A DNA stretch of 64,000 nt from Selaginella moellendorffii. Lineage: Eukaryota; Plantae; Lycopodiophyta. Below the pieces are notes generated by a model that saw only the letters and a program-made list of their open reading frames with translations, had not been told where the DNA came from and searched no databases. This document shows, piece by piece, positions 25,501 through 36,919 of the stretch (position 1 is the first letter of the stretch; every line of letters starts with the position of its first letter). The stretch covers positions 186,001 to 250,000 of the forward strand of contig NW_003314316.1 in the NCBI RefSeq assembly GCF_000143415.4, in the 5' to 3' direction. The translations under genes were made by a program, and so were the position numbers.

Positions 25501-26247
25501 TCTCTAACAAGGCATTGGTATGTGCTAATTATTCTTTTAGAGCATCCAATCAAGCCTTGGATGACCAAACTTTGCCACAAAATTTATCCATAGCTTTTTA
25601 TTCAACCAAAGGCTCCATCTCTAGAAGAGGTTTTGTCTCTACATTAGTGCATTACTTTCCTTTAGCTATCTTCCAATAATTTGCCTCTATCCTTCACTAG
25701 AATTAAGAAAAATGTTCAAATTGTAAACCACAAATTTTCCTTTTCCAATTTTGCTAGTATACCTCTTATATCCGACCATTTTTGATTCTTTTACCAAGGT
25801 TCATACTTATTATACCAACTTCTACTTGGATCTATTTAGATTCAACTACTCATTACATAAGTAATAAATATAACCATCCATCCATGAATTCCTAAATTTT
25901 CTCTCAATCCCCCTTTTTGAGATAAATTGGATCTAAAATTCAACTACACTCCCCATAGGCATAAGCAGCCAAACACATCAAGCCTCTAGGTTTTTAACAT
26001 CCCTTGATACAATAAAACTTGATCATGGGACCCTTTAAATCCCAAGCCTTGGATGCATTTCTTATTTCAAAACCCTGAAAGTAAACATCATAGCTTGAAA
26101 GCTTAATATAGGTACCCTTACTCCCCTATCTCTATCCCAAAGGTAAAGCCCAAGCCTCTAGGAAGGAGCAAGGACTAATAAGCTACATAGTACTCAAGTG
26201 GGGCAGCATTTCATATAAACCAAAAACACCATTATCAATTTCCCTTC

Positions 26248-26519
26248 TAGAAGTGGAAGTTGCTCTTGAGCACTTTTTTGGGAGGCCTCTTTGGCATCTC
26301 TCGAGTCCATGCTCATTCTCACTTAACCTTAACTCAGTTTAGAAGTGCCACTAGAGAAGAACAAGCTATATAAGTTCATGGTATAGAAGTGAGAGTTGCT
26401 CTTGAGCACTTTTTTGGGAGGCCTCTTTGGCATCCCTCGAGTCCATGTTCATTCTCACTTAACCTTAACTCAATTTAGAAGTACCACTAGAGAAGAACAA
26501 GTTATATGAGTTTATGGTA
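26248..26519. repeat. 136-bp tandem duplication
   Basis: tagaagtg..agttgctcttgagcacttttttgggaggcctc...atggta at 26248-26383 and 26384-26519. Confidence 0.9.
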
Positions 26520-26599
26520 GATGATTGTCATCATTTAAGACAGAAGAAGAGAGAAGCTTATTAAACCTCAATCCCTAGGGAAATGATGGATTAGGAAAA

Positions 26600-29500
26600 T
26601 GAAATGTGGGTGAAAGGGATTTATTATACCGCCTTAGCATGAAGCTTATAATAGCATTAATGGTGTTTAACATACTACTTGGAGGGTTGGCAATATTTAG
26701 GGAGGAGCCTATTTTGAATCAAATAGACCAACCTCCCAACCCTTAAGGTATTCCATCCTTAAATCCCTAGGTTATGAGATATTTTTAGAATATTCTTGTA
26801 GTTTATATCATTCTCCCTCCCTTATGAACTAGCCACAAAAAACAAGCTAAATGAGCCTCACATGAAGTGAGTCCAAGGCAATATGGCTATGGATAAAAAA
26901 TATATACATAGTAACACCAACATCATGACAAACGGCTATAAAAAAAACAAAGTAAATATGACAATACAGTTATGGAAATAAAGGAATGAGAATAGAGTAA
27001 ATAGTTCAAATTATATAGCAATACAGCTTTAAAACTCAATTTTCCCCTTCCTAAAGAATGTCATCCAAATCATAACTAAAACTTGGAAACACTTTCATGT
27101 TATTCTCAAATTCCCATATAACTTCATCTATAGAATAGCCATTCCATTGAACTAACAACTTTCAAGTTGTCTTATGGCATGTTTTCACCAATCTTTGAGA
27201 AAGAATATTGGTTGAATTAGCCTTCTCAACATTAATCTCTAGGACTTAGATGATGGATTGATCCACATGTAAACGACTATTCTACTTTAATAACTTAACC
27301 CCACTTTTGACTACTTAGAGGAATCTCACTCACAACCTTCATAAATCATATTCCTAACTTGGGGGACATGTTAGTCCCATGAATAGCATCTATGCCACTT
27401 AGCCTTTGCACTTGGTCTAAGTGTTTTATATGTTTAATCCCATGATAGACACCCAAATATACCACTAATATATTAGTATGTTATGCTAAAACTATATCCA
27501 TTCACCTTTGTCTCGTGAGTAGTCTAAAACCACTTGTACCACAATCTCGTCTCCTAAAAAGCTATTCGTCTGCAAGTGGTCATCCCATGACCACACCTTA
27601 ACATCATTATAATGCCTAGAGACATAGGGAGCACCCTTCCCTAATATCCCTTTTTCAGTCCACACTAAATCCCTTTCAGACCATATCCTTGCTCACCAAC
27701 ACTATTATTGGGTCAAGCCCAAAGGCTTAACCACTATGTCTTGTTGACCTCTGAGACATGACTTTATCCTTGGTCACTACACAAGAGGATTGTTCCTCTT
27801 CCTTTCTATAGTTTAGGGCTTTTAAACAATATCTCAAAACACTACAACTCTACATAAGTCTCATAGGTACTCTCCCCACCTTCTGCCTTTGAGTGCCCTA
27901 GCCATGTGACTAGAACAAGATTCTGATGAGCTATACTAGGTATCTAAGTAGGTAGTGCCACCCACACTTGAATTGGGAGCATTAACCATTTGATTTCTCG
28001 AGGGAACTAAAGCCGATTTTTAAACACTTCATTAACTTACCTTTTTTGTCTATTTATATTCACTCTAGCCTTGAACTCCTCAATGATTATATCATCACCC
28101 ACCATGTGGGTATAGCCTTTATGGGTCACACTAGCTTTTCCTAGCCTTTCCTGGCCAAATTCCCTTTTATACTTTTGGAGCTCACCAAACCCCTCAGGGT
28201 CTAGGAGACAATTGCTTTGGGCTTTCACTCTCAGACTCAGACTCAGATTTGGACTCGAACTTAGACTCAGACTTGAACTTAGAGTCACACTCAGTCTCAA
28301 TCTCAGTCTCAGTCTCAGTCTTGGTCTCAGTCTCAGTCTCGGTCTTGGTCTCAGTCTCGGTCTCGGTTTCGGTCTCAGTCTTGGCCTCAACTTCAGACTT
28401 GACCTTGGACCCAGTCTCAGTCTCCATCTCAGACTCAACCTTGGACTCCATCTTGGGTCCATCTTAGACTCCATCTTTGGTCCATCTTGGACTCCATCTC
28501 GGGTTCATCTCAGGTCCATCTTGGGTTTATCTCATGTCCATATCAGACTCCATCTTGGACTCCATCTCAGTTCCATCTTAGGTCCATATTGGACTCCATC
28601 TCAGATTTCTTCTTAGACTCCTTCTCGAATTCCATCTTAGACTCCTTTTCGGACTTCCTGACACTTCCATATGTCAAAACACTTGCCATGTGTCAATCGT
28701 TCTTGTGTCCCTTTTGAAAGACTTATTCACCAATTGTTTTGTACTTATTCCTCGAGCACTTTATTTGGAGTTCTACTCCCACTCTCAACTTTCTAAGTTA
28801 GAACTTTTGGTCCAAATATGTTATGCTTATTGGACTTCTATTTCAACCATTACCATGTGGCACCCTTTCGGCTCCACTTTGTGGCTTAAGGATTTGTGTC
28901 TCACAACTCCACCACTCATAGACAACATTTGATATCCTCATCGAACAATAAACCATTTTATAAAGTAATCCCATTATAGATTATCATTTTCATTTTTAGC
29001 ACTAAGCTAATATTCGTCAATGGTTCAACACCAAAGGCTCATTATACCTTGCCTATCCTCTAAGGAGTATAGTTTTTTCCAACTTAGAGTCTCATTAAAT
29101 CACTAGTGGTAGTTTTCTACCTTTAGTTGTTTAGTTCTTGTTAAACCCATTAGAGACACCTTCTATATTTCAATTTTACTATTCATTCTAAAGTAGTTTT
29201 GGCCTCCACTAACATAATTATCACATCTTAGAACTTTAATATTGACATTTCAAGTCAATTTCCTAGGTGTGTTTAACACCTTACATTGCATCGGTTATGT
29301 AAACACCACTTCCCCATCCTAGGAAGTTTTTTACTTGAGGGCACCATCATCCTTTTTTTTATTTCATACCACCTTTGGCACTAAATTCCATTTATCTATA
29401 ATTTATATTAAAGTTATCCATAGCTCTATCATTTGGCTACTTTACTGCTCCATCTTTTAAAGCTTTCACCTTTGCCAAATTAGAGCATTTGGGAATTTAT

Positions 29501-31500
29501 CCCTAAAAATATATTTCTTTTCCCATAATGGGTCATGGAAATCATTAGAAGGAATCTAAATAACAAATTAGGCAAAAAATATCCAAATGGTAAATACTAA
29601 TGGCTTATTGTTTACCACTAGTCTTTATTCCTATCCTTTGATTATTGCACTATGCAATATAAGATTATTACCTCCATCCTTGAGGTATTTTCTTAGTTCC
29701 ATAACAAAGGCTTTGTTTTGCCAAGTCTAAAGGTCTCTTTAGCATTATCTACTATGGGCTTTATCCATTACTCAATTTTGTGACCCACCCATGAGTATTT
29801 TCTTAGAGACTATTTTTTGAGACTTACAATATTATTGCATTGCCACAACTCATTTCTTTTATGTGTCCTTCCCACTTAGTCACCTTGACTAAGCCATACC
29901 ATTACCAATAGTTCAAATCAACACTTCGAACTAAGAACTTTATTGAATAAAATCACAAGAACTTTATCCTTGTTTAGCCATAAAATCACATAATGATTTA
30001 ACCTTAACACTTTAACAAGTTTGCCAATAGATAATAAGTCTTCTAGACTTTTAAGTTATTGACCATGATTTCGAGGGCATCCCTCATACTTGGCAATATG
30101 CCCAAGCTAGCGCTTTTAGCCAAGGGTCCATAACAATTGAGACTGGGTGTTCTTATCTCATTCATTATATATTTAGTACTATTTGTACCAAAGTGTTCAA
30201 GTTAAATATGTTGAGTTTTCACATGAAATAATCTAACCATGCATAATGACTTTGGGGCATCCCCCACTTGGTGGTGTGCCCAAGCTAGCCTCCATACTGT
30301 GAGTTTATAACCACCAAAAACATGAGTGTCCTTATATTCTAACTCATCATCACACCTTAGTGAGTTGGGACTCAAACCCAAGTATTAGAGAGTTGGGACT
30401 CGAACCTAACCTCCATATATGCATCTACAGGTAGCATCACCCAGGATGTTTGGTGTGAGTTCTTATGCCGATATGCCAACTTATGTGTAATGCACACTAC
30501 AAATCACAGCTTAAGAACTTAATTCCTTTGAACTTCCAAATCCTCTCACTTTAGAAGCTACATGACTAGCTTGTAATCATGCATAGACTCCTCCATGTTT
30601 GGTCTCATGGGCCACCCTCTTGAAGTTATTACCTTCAACTAGGTTTTTGTTAGTCCGACTTGCCAATCCCATTTAACAAGTTACCCAATCAGCATAACAT
30701 AGTTCTTTGCATAAGTGTGAAAATCCTCAAATATCAACTTTTGTTTAAATTTATTTCTTTGAACACTTGGGAATTATTTCCCAAATTTTGATAGCCTCGT
30801 CTTATAGCAAGTTTCAAAACCACATTTCTGTTATGCCACTTTGATTTTGCATATCCATATGAACCATTTACACTTGGCTTTCTAAGTATTAACTTACCCA
30901 GAATTGTCTTTAAGAGCATTGAAAGGACTTTATCCCTTAGCTTGCTAAAGTTTCTCCTTTTGTAAGCTTCTTCATTACCACATGGTTTAATATTAGCAAT
31001 TCCATGTATTTAGACACACCATAGCATCACAATTGTTAGTAGCAACACCTTCAAACACCCATTTGATTCTCCACTCTCAATTTGTATAGCCATTTTTGGC
31101 TATACCATTCAATTCTATCCCTTTATTATTTGCTTTTGGCCTCACATGTTTTCTTCAATTATTCTCCTCTAGACTGAGAGGATAGCTTTACACTTTCTAC
31201 CATGCTTTAGCAAATATTCTTAAAGATGAACTGACCTAATAGCGTAGGGAGTGGTTTTTCAATTTGGATATACTCACCTTATTATCCCACATATCGGGAT
31301 TAACATTACTATTTATAAACCTTTATATGTTCGTTATTAGCATTGCTAAAATTTTTTTGGCTTTGTCCAATTCAAATGGATGGACTTTTCCTGTCTCCAC
31401 AACCTCAGATGTTAGATAGCACCTCCTATCTGTTATTCACTAGCGACTTAATTCTTTGGGCGTTATCTAATACTCTAATGATACCAAACATCATTTTCTG
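26600..31500 (-). mobile_element. Very degenerate retroelement-like sequence (class uncertain)
   Basis: AT-rich, CpG-poor, stop-riddled sequence contiguous with the gypsy remnants; PBS-like ctaatgatacca near 31475-31486. Confidence 0.4.
28229..28640. repeat. Degenerate short tandem repeats, (CTCAGT/CTCAGA)n followed by ~12-nt GACTCCATCTTG units
   Basis: Direct observation; these produce the spurious ETETE/RLRL/SVSV ORFs. Confidence 0.9.
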
Positions 31501-31549
31501 GTGTTTTAGAGTGTTTAAATGTCTTAATGATGGCTTTATTTGACAATGA

Positions 31550-34150
31550 ATATTTCCTTTTATGACATTGACTCATTATATCTCAACATAAGCAATTTAT
31601 CCCTCAAGGGATATATCTAACCTCCTTATTATCCCAATAAGAAGTTTTATGAAGTTAGCTTCCACCAATTCAATTATTATGCCTCACTTTTTGTTTATTT
31701 ACTTTATAGTCATCAAGTCCTACAACTCATTGCTAATGCTTTCACACCTTTATCATTATTTGAGTCCATGCATTCTAATTGCATGCATTATAGCTTAAGT
31801 GATGCCAATCCCATTTCCATTGGGATTTCTTTGGCAAAAGGTTTTTATAAACCAACCAACTTGATTCCAAAACCTCATCCTTTAAAATATTTAGTGTCTC
31901 TACACTATCGACCCTATGAGCCTACTCTCACGACACTACCCACTTGTATTTAGGTCTTGCTATGACCATAATAGTCATTTCTTATATCAACTATTAGTTA
32001 GCACTACAACATAGTGTTCATATACCACCTTTCGCCAAAGTTGCTTTTTTCTGTGAACACTTTTTCCCACGACTTTAGTATAGCCTATCTGCCTGCCCAG
32101 GAAGCTCTACACATCATTCACACACTTCAGAGCAGAGTACTTTTAAATAGCCACAAGTTTGTCATGATCAACTTGCAAACCCTCACGAGAAATACATTAC
32201 CCAAAATAAGTGTCCTTGGACCCAAACACACACTTCGACCACTTCAACTTTAAACTAACTTCCCATAGTCAATCTAACACTTTACGAATATCACAAATAT
32301 ATTCCTCCCATGTCCCGTCCGAGTGGATCAAGATATCATCAATGAAGTCATTAGTCACCTTTAGCATATTGCAAAAAATGTCATCCATCATCCGCTAGAA
32401 AGTCGCTAGAGCATTGTTCAAACTAAATGACATCACTAAGAATTTATATAAACCAAACTTGTATAAACTAAATAGTGTACAAAAAATAGTCTTAGGAATA
32501 TCTTCTTTGGCCATCGGTACTTGCCAGTACCTAGAAGCAAGATCTAGCTTGGTGAACTGACTTCTCCCTAGACAATCCAAGAAATCAGTAGTGTAAGGAA
32601 GAGGGTACACATTCGGGATCATCATTTCATTTAATGAATAATAGTCGATGCAAAAATGACTACTCCCATCAAACTTCATTATAAAACAAGGTTCACATGC
32701 CTAAAGACTCTGCGACTTTTAAATAACACCCTTTTCCAACATCTCATTAATGTTTGCACATAAAATCTTGATTTCTTTGGATGACCAATGACAAATAAGA
32801 ACCTTGATTGGATGAGCATCCCCAGTTGGAATCAAATGACATGTGGTAATCTTAGCCCCAAACGATAGATTAAATTCAAAGAGATCAACATACTCCTTCA
32901 TGAGCTGGTCAATTAATGTAACACAAAGACCGTTAGAGGGATTGGAAAAGGGAAAAGCAGAACAAAATGGAAATATAAAAGGAAGTAATAGGGAGAAAAA
33001 GTAATGGAAACAAAAGTAAAAGCAAATGAACGAAAAAGTATGGAAATGAGAGAAATGAATGAAATATAAGAAAGTACGAGACAAAGGGGAAAAGCCTCAA
33101 AATCACACTTGGCATAAGTGCATTACAACCAATTTATACCAAGGATGAAGTCAAAAGCTTGACCCAGCATGACTGCAACTCAAGCTTGAGATCACTTACA
33201 CGCACAACTAGGTTCGCCTCATCCCGTGCACATGCATATGTATGACCATTGCTATAAAGAATAAAAATTGACTCTGCCACATGACGTAAATGTAGATGGC
33301 AACATGTGGCAACAAGTTGAGTAATAGAAGATAAACTCGAACCTGTATCAACCAACACAAAGAGAATAACATGAGACCTCTTATTATAAAAAACAAGCAT
33401 GGAAAGTAAACATTGGATGAATTGATGCTAAGTAAACCTCTTGATAATACTTCCGAAAGAAATATAGAGGGGTCACTGACTTATTCACACAAGGTCTTTT
33501 CATTACTTATGCAATTCCTTGTTTCTTAGATGCATCTTGGCGTCCAGACCTTCCACGGCAGTAGCTCCAATAGGACGTTGTTGATGCCAAGGTTTCCACC
33601 CAAGAAATGGAAGCCACCAATTTAAAAAACATCAACAACACCAATAAGTGTGACCAACTTCATCACACACCTAGTAGTGAACATTATGGCCACAACCACG
33701 TCCTCGCTCTTGTCCTTGAACTTGAGCAACAGTAGCATCAACTTTCATTGGAATAAGGTCATCTCCCACATGAAGTAGAGCTGAAGGACATGCAATGAGA
33801 AGTGGAAGAGGCGATATTTCATAATGTTGCGTCAAGCGAAGGGCATTGTTAAGGTGGTTTGAGCAAGTGCATACAGAAGTCTTATAAGATCTTGATAAAG
33901 TGTTGGCCACAACATTCCTAACTTGATCTGCTTCAATATATTTGGCTCTACACGAAACAAAAGGCTTCGGAAACAAATGCCAAATTGCATCACTAACTTA
34001 AATGGTCCTTGACGAAAGTGATGTAATTGTTGGAAAACATCATTACAATCGTTGACATGTTTGAATACGTGTTTGAAGACATCCAGGAGAATACTCTAAT
34101 CTTCATGAGTAGTTGCGCTCAAACCATTATACCACTACAGCACCGTCCCT
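31550..34150 (-). mobile_element. Second decayed Ty3/gypsy element (protease, RT and RNase H remnants)
   Basis: Protease LVDTGSSLSSI (33134-33400); RT FCIDYYSLNEMMIPNVYPLP...FTKLDLASRYWQVPMAKEDIPKT (32395-32679). Confidence 0.8.
32917..33127. mobile_element. Solo LTR-like insertion (211 bp) between the protease and RT remnants
   Basis: Termini TGTAA...TTACA, purine-rich interior, flanks attaa/accaa (TSD differing by two C/T transitions). Confidence 0.6.
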
Positions 34151-34924
34151 TAGAAACATATAAAAAACTCATGTAAACGTAAAGTATCATCCCAAGAATG
34201 ATATGTGGCAATCACTGTGAAGTGATCGAACTAATGGTACACATTATCCCTAGGATTCCCACGAAAGAACTCTAACCAAACATAAGGATTAACACCAAAA
34301 GCAAGAGGAACTATACCACATCCCATGAATGTTATTATCAATTGAGTTTAGTTGTTGAATTACAATTGCACTAACTATTGTTCCAAAGTTAAAGGGGGAG
34401 GAGATTGCTACTCTACCATGAAAATGAATGAAAATGAAAGAGTGAAAAAAAAGAAATGAAATAAAGCTAAAGGGAAAGGGAGATCTAAACAATGCAAAAG
34501 CTAGACCTAAACCAAAATCTCAAAAGGAAAAAAGAAAGTAAATGGAAAAAACTAGATCTCAAAAGTTAGATTTAAACCAAAATCTTAAATCTAAACACTC
34601 CTCAAGGACAATCAAAAATGCTTTTTATCTCCACCAATATGAGTGCATAGAATATGGAAAGGAAATACAAAAGATGTGTATATCAATTAGCTCAAAAACC
34701 CTAATTTATATACAAAAGCAAGTGGTTTAAATTAAAACTAATTCTATGGTTACCAAAACCCCACTACGCTAATATTAATATATAATATCATAACCATACA
34801 CTCATGTCAATACTTTGATCTATAATAAGGAATATATCTTTTAGTTACTCATTATAGTTATAATTAGAATTGGATTATGTATTAGATGTGGATTTCAAGA
34901 GTTAACAATACTAGGTTTTGTTAG

Positions 34925-35322
34925 TTATTTGTTGTCCCTGCTCTTGAACACGCTTGCACCAAAGAAGAGGAACATCCAGATGAATGCTGCCACCACAATC
35001 TGCGCCTTGGTGCTCAGATCATTCAGCTTCCCTGCAGAGTAGATAGAATCTAAAGGACGTCACAGAAAAACAGTTGGGACTGGCTCCTCCTACCTCCCAA
35101 ATTTCCAAAAGACTCCTCGTGCGGTTCATCTTCGCGATTGTTGCTGCTGTTGCTCCCGCCGCCATCACCAGCCGCAATCCTCATGCTCCCTTCTCGTCCA
35201 CGAAAAAATCTACCCGGCAGTGGCACCCGCAGGCGGCAGGGAGGAAGAATCCGATGGTGCAGCAACAGAGGCGTTGAATCGGTGCCGGGTGTGGCGAACG
35301 TGGGACTGATCAATCCCCTCAT
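34925..35322 (-). CDS. Small putative plastid membrane protein of unknown function (111 aa; exons 35322-35094 and 35031-34925)
   Basis: A GT-AG intron joins a transit-peptide-like exon in frame to KLNDLSTKAQIVVAAFIWMFLFFGASVFKSRDNK* (one C-terminal TM helix). Confidence 0.65.
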
Positions 35323-35577
35323 CCGATGGGAAACAGGAACAAATTACGCATGAGAACTAGTACTGCTGCGGAAGGAGGCGATGCCAAATCGAAGTAGCAA
35401 AAAAATATCTACCCACAATCAACATACTAACTTACGATCAACGTAGAAAAACCACGAATCAACAGCATGGCAGCACATTCCAAAGCGATAAGAAAAAAAT
35501 CCCTCCTTGCAAATGGATAAGAAAAGAAAAGCACAATCAGGGCAAGCAACGTCTCCTCTCCCCGCGGCAAAATCGCC

Positions 35578-36321
35578 ATGGCTTCCATCTCCGCGGCCAC
35601 GAGAGGACTCCGAAACCCATCAGGTACGCACTGGCACTTCACGCAGAGACCCACCGGCATTCTCGCTCCGAGGACCAGCATTCTCGCGCGATCCAACATT
35701 CTTGGAACCCAATTACGCTGGCGAGTCGTCCTCCCGCATCACCACCACAACCACGCTATCCGCGCGGCCATCGGCGAGAATCCCACCAACAACCCGGACG
35801 ACTTCGTGGTGCTGGGCCTGGGCCACTGCTTCATCGAGGACTCGAACGGCAAGCTCCAGGACCACTTCGTGCTCGAGCCCATCGGCGCGGGCGCGCTCGA
35901 GTGCATGGAGAACGGCGGCAAGACGTGCTACAAGCACGTCGCCAGCATGCACTTGAGCACCGCGCTGGCGCAGGATCACTCGCAGCTCCCCGAGGAGCTC
36001 CGCAGCGGCGCCTTCTGCGAGGACTTCGCCTTCCGGACCAAGTGCGCGGCGCGCTCCTGGATGCGCGACTACCCGCAGGAGAAGATCGTGCGCTACATCC
36101 CGCTGGGGACAGTGCGCTCCGACTTCAACTACAACCTCGAGGACAAGCGCGTGCTCAACAAGGTGAACATCGTCACCGACGCCGACAACATCAAGCAGGA
36201 CATGAGCATCGACGTCTACGGCCGGAAAAAGGACGACGATGCCAACACCGCCACCGACGCCGCCCCGCCCTCCAAAAAGGAGCTCGAGGAGGATCTCATC
36301 TCCAGCTTGTACAACGCTTGA
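35578..36321 (+). CDS. Intronless putative plastid protein of unknown function, cyanobacterial-type
   Basis: 247 aa ORF with strong GC3 bias. Transit-peptide-like first ~65 aa, then DDFVVLGLGHCF...LEPI...IPLGTVRSDFNYNLEDKRVLN...DNIKQ, which I recall resembling a conserved cyanobacterial hypothetical protein. Confidence 0.8.
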   Translation: MASISAATRGLRNPSGTHWHFTQRPTGILAPRTSILARSNILGTQLRWRVVLPHHHHNHAIRAAIGENPTNNPDDFVVLGLGHCFIEDSNGKLQDHFVLEPIGAGALECMENGGKTCYKHVASMHLSTALAQDHSQLPEELRSGAFCEDFAFRTKCAARSWMRDYPQEKIVRYIPLGTVRSDFNYNLEDKRVLNKVNIVTDADNIKQDMSIDVYGRKKDDDANTATDAAPPSKKELEEDLISSLYNA

Positions 36322-36919
36322 ATCTCAATCGTCTTGGCCTTCCAAGTTTTCCAAAGTTTTAGATCGATCAACATGAACAGCCGAAGCCCACCTTGAATTG
36401 TCTGCTCTTCCAGCCTCGCCATCTTCCCTCCAGCTTGCGTCCCAACTAGTTTTATCTGCTTAGGGGCACACACTCCATCCAGTTAACAAGAACACACCAC
36501 GCATTCTTCAGAGTTGCATCATATAAACCAAGAACTTGTATACAAAATTGTCAGTGAGAAAAACAACACCCAGGCAATAGGACCATTCGCTTGCAATCCC
36601 TGCCTTTAGCTACTAGTTAATATGTTACTGAATAGCTATGCATCCATCCACACACCTAGATATAATATGTACACAGAAGCTAAGACCTCTCTAGCTAGCA
36701 CAAGCAATCCACAACCAAATTACAAAGGGAGTAGCGGTAAAGACAGTACCTCCGGCTTGCTTTTAGAGTATTAGTAGAGCTGGCCTGAAGCGGTGTTTTT
36801 GCTGCGGCTAGCTTCTTGATGTGTGGGACAGACACAACGCGAGAAGCGAGCTCGCGGTGTTGCCTACTTGGTGAAGGTGATGATCACGATGGCGATGGAA
36901 CCACCAGCTTGAGGTTGAT

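Larger units (their letters stand above)
18598..26519 (-). mobile_element. Decayed Ty3/gypsy LTR retrotransposon (possibly chromovirus-type) with nested insertions
   Basis: Direct repeats starting tgtaagcc (18598) and tgtaaacc (25722) align for ~600 bp. Minus-strand remnants: gag zinc knuckle FNCSEVEHFSRKCP (~24590-24635), RT MPFVLCNVLTTF...IIIYIDNILVYSKT (23270-23491), integrase PWKCLTIDFIIGLP (~21600-21650) and IHLVFHINLLKLY (~20750-20785). Polypurine tract is the reverse complement of ccctcccccacccc at ~19926-19941. Confidence 0.8.

Noticed and set aside
28037-28717. ETETE / RLRL / SVSV low-complexity ORFs on both strands
   Set aside because: They are translations of a hexamer and 12-mer tandem repeat inside the TE island
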